The notes: generated by a model not told the origin, from the sequence alone. A stretch of 46,862 nucleotides of DNA from Gammaproteobacteria bacterium (GCA_965660795.1 CBFIBF010000005.1:1-46862), one strand, 5' to 3'; counted from the stretch's first letter, positions 31,888 through 39,714 are shown. Translations and numbers: made by a program.

Positions 31888-34291
31888 GGTTTATCATCCA
31901 CAGGATATAGAAAAAATTGCTCAGAAAGAATGGCTGCGTAATCAAAATAATAACAATAAACTTCTAGATTCTAAAAATAAATATTACGTATTGAGCATGT
32001 TCCCTTATCCAAGTGGAAAACTTCACATGGGCCATGTAAGAAATTATACCATTGGTGACGTAATAACTAGGTCGCATAAGATGATTGGAAAGAATGTTTT
32101 CCAACCCATGGGTTGGGATGCCTTCGGTTTGCCTGCTGAGAATGCAGCCATTAAAAACAAAGTTCATCCTGAAGAATGGACTAAGAAAAATATTCTCCAT
32201 ATGAAATCTCAACTTGAAAACATTGGCATTCTATACGATTGGGACAATGAGATATCTACTGCAGACCCAGGTTATTTCAAGTGGGAGCAATGGTTTTTTC
32301 TACAATTACTAAAAAAAGGTTTGGTTTACAGGAAATTATCTGAAGTAAACTGGGACCCAGTTGATAAAACTGTTTTAGCAAATGAGCAAGTCATTGATGG
32401 AAAAGGCTGGAGATCTGGCGCAATTGTCGAGAGAAAAAAAATTCCTCAATGGTTCTTAAAGATTACCTCTTTTGCTGAACAATTATTAAACGATATTGAT
32501 AAGTTAAAAGGTTGGCCAGAATCTGTTAAAGTAATGCAAAAAAATTGGATTGGAAAGTCCAAAGGGCTGAATATTCATTTCGGGTCAGATAACTATGGAA
32601 CATTCACGGCATTCACAACCAGGCCTGACACACTCTTTGGTGTGACATATGTTGCAATCAGCATCAATCATAATCTTTCTCTTGATTTAGCTGAAAAAAA
32701 TCAAAATATTAAAAACTTCATCACAAAGTATCAAAAGCTTAAGCTCTCTGAAGAGTCCTCAGCAAAGCTCGAAAAGGATGGAATATATACTGGTATAAAC
32801 TGCATTCATCCTATAACTAAAAAAAATATACCAATATGGATTGCAAACTATGTCTTAGATAGTTATGGAACGGGTGTTGTTATGGGTGTTCCCGCACATG
32901 ATTCAAGAGATTTTGAGTTTGCAGAAAAGTTTAAATTGGAGATTATTCAAGTTATTGATGATGAAGAAGGTAAAAAACTACCTTATTTAGGTGATGGCAA
33001 ATTAATCAATTCACATGAGTTTGATAAGATTCATTCTCAAGAAGCTAAAATGCAAATATCAAAATACTGTACTGAGCAACATATTGGAGAAGAACTAATC
33101 ACCTATCGTCTTAGAGATTGGGGTATATCAAGACAGAGATATTGGGGAACCCCAATACCTGTTTTTTATCTTGATGATGGATCTGTCCATCCCATTCCGG
33201 AGGATCAGCTTCCTGTTGAATTACCAAAAGATATAGATTTAAATGGGGAAGGTAATCCTCTCGATAAATGTGAATCTTGGAAGAATATAACTTGCCCTTA
33301 TACTGGACAAAAAGCGACTAGAGAAACAGATACTTTTGATACTTTCTTTGAATCGTCCTGGTATTATTTAAGATTTCTAGATCCTAAAAATAACACTAAA
33401 ATGATGGATGACAAATATAAATCATGGTTACCTGTAGATCAGTATGTTGGCGGAATTGAACATGCGATTCTCCATCTCTTGTATGCTAGATTTTTCAACA
33501 AACTCTTAAAAGACGATGGTTTGATTGATAATGATGAACCCTTTATGTCATTGTTGTCTCAAGGCATGGTTCTTAAAGATGGATCAAAAATGTCAAAATC
33601 AAAAGGCAATACAATTGATCCTGATGAAATTATCGGAAAATATGGTGCAGATACTATTCGACTATTTATCTTATTCGCAGCGCCACCAGAACAAAACCTA
33701 GAGTGGTCAGACTCTGGAATTGAGGGGGGTTTTAAATTTTTGAAAAGGTTGTGGAATTTGACCCACCTTATCCACACATCATATGATCAAAATAATGATA
33801 AAGACATGCTCATACAATTAAAACATAACGAGGTAATAGACAAAGTAACAAATGATATTTTCAAAAGAAAATCTTATAACACTGCAATAGCAACAATTAT
33901 GGAATTTTATAACAGTCTAGCTAAAGCAATAGATAATAAAACAATTTCGGATAAAACAGCTAAAAAATGTATTAGCACTATTGCTAAACTACTTTATCCA
34001 ATTACACCTCATATATGCTATTCAATTTTATCAGTGATAGAATTTAATCAAGCTTTAAATCCCAGTTGGCCAGATAAAATTGAAGACATTGACTGCGACC
34101 AAGAAGTGCAAATAATTATTCAAATCAATGGTAAACTGAGAAGTAAAGTAATGGCACCAAAAGGAAGCAATGAGGATGTTATTATGAAAATAGCATCAAG
34201 TGACAAAAAAACTATAGAATATTTAACGAATGCAAATGTCATTAAAACAATATATATACCGAATAAACTTATCAACTATGTAATTAAATGA
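31880..34291 (+). CDS. leuS: Leucine--tRNA ligase
   Basis: 803 aa. HIGH-type motif (PSGKLHMGH) and KMSKS. Collinear with bacterial LeuRS. Confidence 0.98.
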   Translation: MNKVYHPQDIEKIAQKEWLRNQNNNNKLLDSKNKYYVLSMFPYPSGKLHMGHVRNYTIGDVITRSHKMIGKNVFQPMGWDAFGLPAENAAIKNKVHPEEWTKKNILHMKSQLENIGILYDWDNEISTADPGYFKWEQWFFLQLLKKGLVYRKLSEVNWDPVDKTVLANEQVIDGKGWRSGAIVERKKIPQWFLKITSFAEQLLNDIDKLKGWPESVKVMQKNWIGKSKGLNIHFGSDNYGTFTAFTTRPDTLFGVTYVAISINHNLSLDLAEKNQNIKNFITKYQKLKLSEESSAKLEKDGIYTGINCIHPITKKNIPIWIANYVLDSYGTGVVMGVPAHDSRDFEFAEKFKLEIIQVIDDEEGKKLPYLGDGKLINSHEFDKIHSQEAKMQISKYCTEQHIGEELITYRLRDWGISRQRYWGTPIPVFYLDDGSVHPIPEDQLPVELPKDIDLNGEGNPLDKCESWKNITCPYTGQKATRETDTFDTFFESSWYYLRFLDPKNNTKMMDDKYKSWLPVDQYVGGIEHAILHLLYARFFNKLLKDDGLIDNDEPFMSLLSQGMVLKDGSKMSKSKGNTIDPDEIIGKYGADTIRLFILFAAPPEQNLEWSDSGIEGGFKFLKRLWNLTHLIHTSYDQNNDKDMLIQLKHNEVIDKVTNDIFKRKSYNTAIATIMEFYNSLAKAIDNKTISDKTAKKCISTIAKLLYPITPHICYSILSVIEFNQALNPSWPDKIEDIDCDQEVQIIIQINGKLRSKVMAPKGSNEDVIMKIASSDKKTIEYLTNANVIKTIYIPNKLINYVIK

Positions 34292-34785
34292 GAAAACTTA
34301 CTCAAATCTTCATCTTATTATCAACGACCATAATCATGTCATCATGTGGTTACCAGTTAAGAGATAGTATAAATACAGATGGACTAAATCACGTTTTAAT
34401 TGCTGGTAGTTCGGAAAATGAAATTGTCAGGTTACTCCAACAAAAATTACCGGGTTCGAAATTAATTAGAAATGTAAGTGAAGAAAAATACCCTATTATA
34501 AAAATAATAAATATTAAAACTTCAAAAAGACAGTTATCAGTGAATTCATCTGGGAGAGCTGATGAATATGAGATAAGCAAAACCCTAGAGTATCAATTAA
34601 TATTACGCGATGGTGTCAAACAAACTGGTAACCTTTCTGCAAACGCATCATATGATTTCGATGAGTCACAAATGCAGGGAACCAAAGAGAAAGAAATCAT
34701 TGCTAACGATTCAATCACTAGAGCTTTAACAAGAAAGTTGGTTTTAAGACTTAAGTCAGCATTGAAAGCATCTAGCAATCAATAA
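34288..34785 (+). CDS. lptE: LPS-assembly lipoprotein LptE
   Basis: 165 aa. Signal peptide with lipobox IMSS|CGYQLR. Canonical position directly after leuS (ATGA overlap). Confidence 0.88.
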   Translation: MRKLTQIFILLSTTIIMSSCGYQLRDSINTDGLNHVLIAGSSENEIVRLLQQKLPGSKLIRNVSEEKYPIIKIINIKTSKRQLSVNSSGRADEYEISKTLEYQLILRDGVKQTGNLSANASYDFDESQMQGTKEKEIIANDSITRALTRKLVLRLKSALKASSNQ

Positions 34786-35467
34786 TAGGGGCGTATGGTT
34801 CAATTCTTGTTTTATCATGTTCGTGCATTCTATATTGCGTAAAATCTTTTAGGTTATTAAAATTAAAAAATGGATTACCTTGAATTTCTTCTTTAAGGGT
34901 TGAATTTCTTTTTATTGAATAATTATGCCCAGGCATAATGACAGTCTCTTTAGAGAGATTTTCTTTTAAATGCTTAAGTGATTTATACATCTCTTCTGGA
35001 CTACCTCCATGAAGGTCGCATCTGCCACATCCAAATACGAATAATGTATCACCCGCAATAAGATTACCATCAAATGAATAGCAGCATGAGCCGGGAGTAT
35101 GGCCAGGTGTATGTAGAGAGGAAATTTCTGTTGATCCTAATATTATTTTGTCATTTGAATTTGTTGTCAGTAAATTATCATACTCTTTAGACCAAAAGTC
35201 TGCTTCAAGTTTATTTATATGTATTGGAATATCATATTTCTTAAGTATTATATCAATCGAATTTACATGATCATGATGACTATGAGTGAGTAAAATTTTA
35301 CGTAACCTAAGCTTCTTTCTGTCTATGAAATTTAGCACTTCCGTTAAGTCCCATGCAGGATCAACTATTGCGGTTTCCCTAGTTTTATTGTCCCATATTA
35401 GATAAACAATATTTAACATAGGACCAACATCAAATGTTTTAACAGACAATGTATTTATAGCTTGCAT
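34772..35467 (-). CDS. MBL-fold metallo-hydrolase (glyoxalase II / YcbL-like)
   Basis: 231 aa. THSHHDH (HxHxDH), downstream TPGHTPG, GDTLF and GHNY metal/substrate motifs. Its 3' end overlaps the lptE 3' end by 14 nt. Confidence 0.85.
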   Translation of the reverse strand: MQAINTLSVKTFDVGPMLNIVYLIWDNKTRETAIVDPAWDLTEVLNFIDRKKLRLRKILLTHSHHDHVNSIDIILKKYDIPIHINKLEADFWSKEYDNLLTTNSNDKIILGSTEISSLHTPGHTPGSCCYSFDGNLIAGDTLFVFGCGRCDLHGGSPEEMYKSLKHLKENLSKETVIMPGHNYSIKRNSTLKEEIQGNPFFNFNNLKDFTQYRMHEHDKTRIEPYAPIIDC

Positions 35468-35502
35468 ACATTATCATTATAATATAACTTGATTGAATAT
35501 TT

Positions 35503-35793
35503 ATGACTGAAATAGTACTAAAACCAGAGTTACTAAAAAACCTTCAAAAAGTTCTTGTAGATTATGAACCAAAAAATGAGGATCCTATTTTAGCATCCCA
35601 ATATTTATCTGCCGTGGTAGGATCAATTGTCGCAACAGCTGAAATACCCAAGAAAGATAGAGATGATATTCTTAAACAGTTAATTGATTTTACACAATAT
35701 GTCTATGATCAACAGACGGAAACTCTTTCAGAAGAAAGCAAAGATTCGACATCATCAACAGATGAAGCCTATGGCGTCTGGAAACCAGAATAA
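35503..35793 (+). CDS. Hypothetical small acidic protein
   Basis: 96-aa ORF with no family I recognise and a Ser/Asp/Glu-rich C-terminal third. Codon usage looks like its neighbours. There is no obvious SD. Confidence 0.5.
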   Translation: MTEIVLKPELLKNLQKVLVDYEPKNEDPILASQYLSAVVGSIVATAEIPKKDRDDILKQLIDFTQYVYDQQTETLSEESKDSTSSTDEAYGVWKPE

Positions 35794-35796
35794 CCA

Positions 35797-36810
35797 CTAA
35801 TATTTTAAAATATCTTTTATAACAGCAGGACCTTTATAGACAAGCCCAGTATAAAGCTGTATTAAATCAGCTCCATTTTTAAATTTTTCATTAGCAGACT
35901 CCCATGAGTCTATTCCACCTACACCGATAATAGTTTTATCCTTACTAATTTTATTATTAACTTGTTTAAGTATCTCATTGGATTTATTTAGTAGAGGCTT
36001 ACCACTCAGCCCACCTTGTATGTTATTAAATTTTTCTGAAATTTCTGATTTGTCTATAGTAGTATTCGTACAAATAACCCCATCAACTTCATATTTATCT
36101 ATAAGCATTGATAATTCAGAGATAGTATCATTGGAAATATCAGGAGCGATTTTTATAACTAAAGGAGTATATTTTTTATATACCTTTCTTAGATTATTAT
36201 GAAGCTTCTTTATTGAGCACAATAATTCCTCCATGTTTTCACCTTTCTGTAAATCTCTTAAGTTTTTAGTATTCGGCGAAGAAACATTTAAGGTTATATA
36301 ATCAGCTACAGCATATGCTTTTCTTAAACAGTACTCGTAATCATGAAAAGCATCTTGAATTCTTGTAGTTGCATTTTTACCAATATTAATTCCAATTGGA
36401 ATTTTTTTACTAAATTTTTTTATTTGATCAATTGCATAATCTATACCTTTATTATTAAAACCCAAATGGTTAATTATCGCTTCATCATCAACTATCCTAA
36501 ATACCCTTGGCTTAGGATTACCAAGTTGTGGTTTGGGAGTAAGAGTACCAACTTCGATAAAACCAAAACCTATATTTGAAATAAAATTCAGATAGTCCGC
36601 ATTTTTGTCAAATCCAGCAGCAAGTCCAACTGGATTATCAAAAACAATATCAAATTGTTTAGTTTTATTTTTTATGATCTTTTTATGCAAAAGTTTACCG
36701 ATATAGCTTCGGTATATTAGATCCAAACTTGCAAGAGATATATCATGAGCTTTTTCTGGGTCTAGTTTAAATGCAATATTTTTAAAAAGCTGAAAAATTA
36801 ATTTATTCAA
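35797..36810 (-). CDS. pyrD: Dihydroorotate dehydrogenase (quinone), class 2 (TTG start)
   Basis: 337 aa. The N-terminus (FKLDPEKAHD) aligns with E. coli PyrD (FQLDPERAHE). GLAAGFDKN, GFIEVGT, NVSSPNT. The only in-frame start near the N-terminus is TTG at 36810. Confidence 0.94.
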   Translation of the reverse strand: MNKLIFQLFKNIAFKLDPEKAHDISLASLDLIYRSYIGKLLHKKIIKNKTKQFDIVFDNPVGLAAGFDKNADYLNFISNIGFGFIEVGTLTPKPQLGNPKPRVFRIVDDEAIINHLGFNNKGIDYAIDQIKKFSKKIPIGINIGKNATTRIQDAFHDYEYCLRKAYAVADYITLNVSSPNTKNLRDLQKGENMEELLCSIKKLHNNLRKVYKKYTPLVIKIAPDISNDTISELSMLIDKYEVDGVICTNTTIDKSEISEKFNNIQGGLSGKPLLNKSNEILKQVNNKISKDKTIIGVGGIDSWESANEKFKNGADLIQLYTGLVYKGPAVIKDILKY

Positions 36811-36824
36811 AACATATACTCAAA

Positions 36825-36843
36825 GATAACAAGAATCATTATC
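36825..36843. promoter_or_regulatory. Fur box (16/19 match to GATAATGATAATCATTATC)
   Basis: GATAACAAGAATCATTATC. The right half-site is a perfect 9/9, the centre matches, and the left half is 6/9. It lies 15-33 nt upstream of the pyrD start codon, in the pyrD/rubrerythrin divergent region. Confidence 0.6.
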
Positions 36844-36869
36844 ATCTTATCTATAATAGCAGAAAATAT

Positions 36870-36907
36870 TTGACATATATATTTTATAAATTTAGAATCA
36901 TTCTAAA
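36870..36907 (+). promoter_or_regulatory. Rubrerythrin-operon promoter (TTGACA-17-TAGAAT) overlapped by the perfect palindrome TTTAGAATCATTCTAAA (Irr ICE-like / Fur-family 7-1-7 operator)
   Basis: -35 at 36870-36875, -10 at 36893-36898, palindrome at 36891-36907. SD AGGAG at 36917-36921 and ATG at 36928. Confidence 0.65.
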
Positions 36908-36927
36908 TAATAATTTAGGAGAATATT

Positions 36928-37347
36928 ATGAGCTTAAAAGGTTCAAAAACAGAACAAAACCTAAAAGATGCATTTGCTGGTGAGTCACAAGCGAATAGAC
37001 GTTATCTTTACTTTGCGGCAAAAGCTGATGTAGAAGGACAAAACGACATAGCTACCGTATTTCGTTCAACAGCTGAAGGAGAAACTGGGCATGCTCATGG
37101 TCACCTTGAGTATCTTGAAAAAGAATGTGGTGACCCAGCAACAGGTGAACCTATCGGTGATAGCGTATCTAACTTGAAAGCAGCTATAGCTGGAGAAACT
37201 CATGAGTATACAGATATGTATCCTGGAATGGCAAAGACAGCTAGAGATGAAGGCCATGATGAAATAGCTGACTGGTTTGAAACTCTTGCTAAAGCTGAAA
37301 GATCTCATGCTAATCGTTTTACAAAAGCATTGGAATCAATCTCATAA
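36928..37347 (+). CDS. Rubrerythrin-family diiron protein without a rubredoxin domain (erythrin-type)
   Basis: 139 aa. [26 protein letters not shown]. Two E...ExxH ligand sets (ETGH, ERSH). No CxxC pairs. Confidence 0.9.
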   Translation: MSLKGSKTEQNLKDAFAGESQANRRYLYFAAKADVEGQNDIATVFRSTAEGETGHAHGHLEYLEKECGDPATGEPIGDSVSNLKAAIAGETHEYTDMYPGMAKTARDEGHDEIADWFETLAKAERSHANRFTKALESIS

Positions 37348-37353
37348 CTTTAA

Positions 37354-37386
37354 GTTCTAGTGAGCGACTATATCGCTCACTAGAGC
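37354..37386 (+). other. GC-rich stem-loop between the rubrerythrin and Fe-S genes (possible attenuator or processing/stability element)
   Basis: CTAGTGAGCGA (37357-37367), 5-nt loop, TCGCTCACTAG (37373-37383). Extendable to 14 bp with one G-U pair. Only a short TTTT lies 8 nt downstream, so it is not a canonical intrinsic terminator. Confidence 0.4.
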
Positions 37387-37405
37387 AGAGAATTTTGGAA
37401 ATAGA

Positions 37406-38728
37406 ATGGACGTAACTAATAAAAACACAACCACAGAAGGCGGATTAGAAAAACCAACCAGGCATATAATTGATTGGAAAAATCCTGACTTTTTAAATGA
37501 AGAAAAGTATGAGCAAGAGCTTAGAAGGGTTGCTGACGCATGTCACGGATGTAGACGTTGTGTTAGCTTATGTAACTCATTTCCAAGCCTGTTTGATTTG
37601 ATAGATAATTCTGAGACTTTTGAAGTTGATGGTGTAGCTTACGAACAGTTTAGTTCTGTAGTTGATCATTGCTATCTTTGTGATTTATGCTTTATGACGA
37701 AGTGCCCTTATGTACCACCACATGAATGGGAAATAGATTTTCCTCATCTTATGTTGAGGGGTAAAGCTATAAAGGATTCAAAAAAGAAAACAACATTAAG
37801 AGACAAAATCCTTTCATCTACAGACTTGCTCGGTAGATTATTTTCAAGACCACTAATTTCGAGTTTTGTTAACTTTTTTAATGGTTTGAAACTTTTCAGA
37901 AAGTTACTAACCTTATTTGGTATTCATCAAAACGCTAAACTACCTAAATTTGTGTCTAAGACTGCTAAAAATTTAGAGCTCATGAACCATGTTGATAATG
38001 CATCACACAAAGTTGCTATATATACAACTTGTTATCATAATTATAACGAACCTGGTGTAATTAAAGATTTCTATGACATTTTAAAACATAACAATGTGAC
38101 TGTAGATATAATCTCTCAAGACAACTGTTGTGGTATGCCTAAGCTTGAACTGGGAAATATTACTAAAGTGGAAGAGATGATGAAAAATAATCTCCCGCAG
38201 TTTAAAAAATATGTAGATGATGGTTATCTAATAATAGCACCCATACCTTCTTGCGTATTAATGTATAAACAGGAGTTGCCATTACTATTTCCCGACAACC
38301 AAGATCTTATTAATGTATCACAATCATTTAGAGACCCATTTGAATTTTTGAATATGCTAAATGATAAAGGAACATTAAAAAAAGATTTCAAAGCAAAACT
38401 TGGTAATATTTCTTATCAGGTCGCATGTCACCAAAGGGTACAAAACTTTGGGATGTTGACAAAAAAAATTCTCGAATTAATACCAGGAACAAAAGTTGAT
38501 GCATTAGAACGTTGTTCTGGACATGATGGTACGTATGGCGTCAAGTTAGAAACACATGATATTGCAATCAAAATTGCCAAACCCATAACTAAAGCATTCA
38601 AAGATGCAAATTTTGATAGCTTTACGAGCGATTGTTCGTTAGCTGCTCATCATATTGAAAATTCATTGGGTAACATGCAGGCGCCTGAACATCCAATTAG
38701 TCTAATTAAAAAAGCATACGGAATATAA
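37406..38728 (+). CDS. HdrD/GlpC-like iron-sulfur oxidoreductase (2x[4Fe-4S] ferredoxin motifs plus two CCG domains)
   Basis: 440 aa. CHGCRRCVSLC and CYLCDLCFMTKCP. Cysteine-rich CCG-type segments (TTCYH..NCCGMP..PSCV and VACHQ..RCSGHDG..SDCS). Confidence 0.85.
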   Translation: MDVTNKNTTTEGGLEKPTRHIIDWKNPDFLNEEKYEQELRRVADACHGCRRCVSLCNSFPSLFDLIDNSETFEVDGVAYEQFSSVVDHCYLCDLCFMTKCPYVPPHEWEIDFPHLMLRGKAIKDSKKKTTLRDKILSSTDLLGRLFSRPLISSFVNFFNGLKLFRKLLTLFGIHQNAKLPKFVSKTAKNLELMNHVDNASHKVAIYTTCYHNYNEPGVIKDFYDILKHNNVTVDIISQDNCCGMPKLELGNITKVEEMMKNNLPQFKKYVDDGYLIIAPIPSCVLMYKQELPLLFPDNQDLINVSQSFRDPFEFLNMLNDKGTLKKDFKAKLGNISYQVACHQRVQNFGMLTKKILELIPGTKVDALERCSGHDGTYGVKLETHDIAIKIAKPITKAFKDANFDSFTSDCSLAAHHIENSLGNMQAPEHPISLIKKAYGI

Positions 38729-38730
38729 AA

Positions 38731-39312
38731 ATGAAATTAGAAATATCAAACTTACTATCGCTTGAAGAGTATGATTCTGAAAGAGAAAATTTAAAAAAAG
38801 ATGTTATCAATCATAAAAAAAATAGGACTGTAAGTATAGGAGACAACATTGTTCTTATATTTGAGGACTTCAAAACAATTAAATATCAAGTACAAGAGAT
38901 GCTTCGTATTGAGAAAATATTTAAAAAAGATGAAATACAAGAAGAAATTGATGCCTACAATCCTCTTATACCAGATGGTACGAATCTGAAAGCGACTATG
39001 TTAATAATGTATCCTGATGTAGAAGTAAGGAGACAAATGCTTCTTAAACTTCATGACATTGAAAACAATATTTGGATATCTGTTGGTCAAAAAAAGGTTA
39101 TTGCTTTTGCAGACGAAGATTTAGATAGAAGCACTGATGAAAAAACATCCGCCGTACACTTTTTAAGGTTTCAGTTCACTCATGACGAGGTAACTGAATT
39201 TCTATCCAGCGATAAAATAGTAGTCGGGGTTAACCACAAAGAGTATGATAAAGAAATAATTCTTGATAAGGCTGTTAAAGAAAGTCTTGAAAAAGATTTT
39301 AAGTCTAGTTAA
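38731..39312 (+). CDS. DUF3501-family protein (function unknown)
   Basis: 193 aa. The pattern EMLRIEKIF...EIDAYNPLIPDGTNLKATMLI...EKTSAVHFLRFQF matches my recollection of DUF3501 proteins that accompany rubrerythrin / Fe-S gene pairs. Starts 2 nt after the upstream gene. Confidence 0.7.
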   Translation: MKLEISNLLSLEEYDSERENLKKDVINHKKNRTVSIGDNIVLIFEDFKTIKYQVQEMLRIEKIFKKDEIQEEIDAYNPLIPDGTNLKATMLIMYPDVEVRRQMLLKLHDIENNIWISVGQKKVIAFADEDLDRSTDEKTSAVHFLRFQFTHDEVTEFLSSDKIVVGVNHKEYDKEIILDKAVKESLEKDFKSS

Positions 39313-39315
39313 TTT

Positions 39316-39714
39316 TTACTTATTTCTAACTTTAATAAGTACTTCTGTGCTTTCAATTTGCAAGTTTTTAGGCAATTCAGGAAAATCTGAAAATACTACT
39401 TGGTCATGATCTACATCAGTTAGTGTACTCATAGTCGTGTTGTATAAATGATGATGGTTATCTAAATTTGTATCATAAAATTTTAAATCATTTTCAATGT
39501 TGATAGTTTTTAGCATTCCTTTTGACTCCAATAAAGATAAAGTATTGTAAATAGTTGCCATGGAAATGTTTAAGCGCTTCTTGTCTGCTACAGAGATAAG
39601 GTCAGCAGCTGTAAAATGTTGTTTTTTAGAAAAAATTAACTTAGCTAAATCAACCCTCTGTTTTGTAGGGGTAACATTCAGTTTTCTGTATATTGTTTCG
39701 TACTTATTTTCCAT
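39316..39714 (-). CDS. Fur-family transcriptional regulator, cysteine-free Irr-like subtype
   Basis: 132 aa. Winged-helix segment (TPTKQRVDLAKLIF...ISMATIYNTL..LE.KGML), then FYDTNLDNHHHLY and C-terminal FPELPKNLQIESTEVLIKVRNK. No Cys at all, so no CxxC zinc site. Collinear with rhizobial Irr as I recall it. Confidence 0.8.
   Translation of the reverse strand: MENKYETIYRKLNVTPTKQRVDLAKLIFSKKQHFTAADLISVADKKRLNISMATIYNTLSLLESKGMLKTINIENDLKFYDTNLDNHHHLYNTTMSTLTDVDHDQVVFSDFPELPKNLQIESTEVLIKVRNK

Noticed and set aside
35468-35502. Possible Fur box in the MBL/orphan divergent spacer (tandem CATTAT CATTAT).
   Set aside because: The best alignment to the 19-bp Fur consensus gives only about 11/19 matches. 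It is indistinguishable from AT-rich background and overlaps a plain TATAAT.
37354-37386. The hairpin read as a canonical Rho-independent terminator ending the rubrerythrin transcript.
   Set aside because: There is no U-tract directly after the stem, and the downstream genes have no promoter of their own. I kept it as a stem-loop of uncertain role instead.
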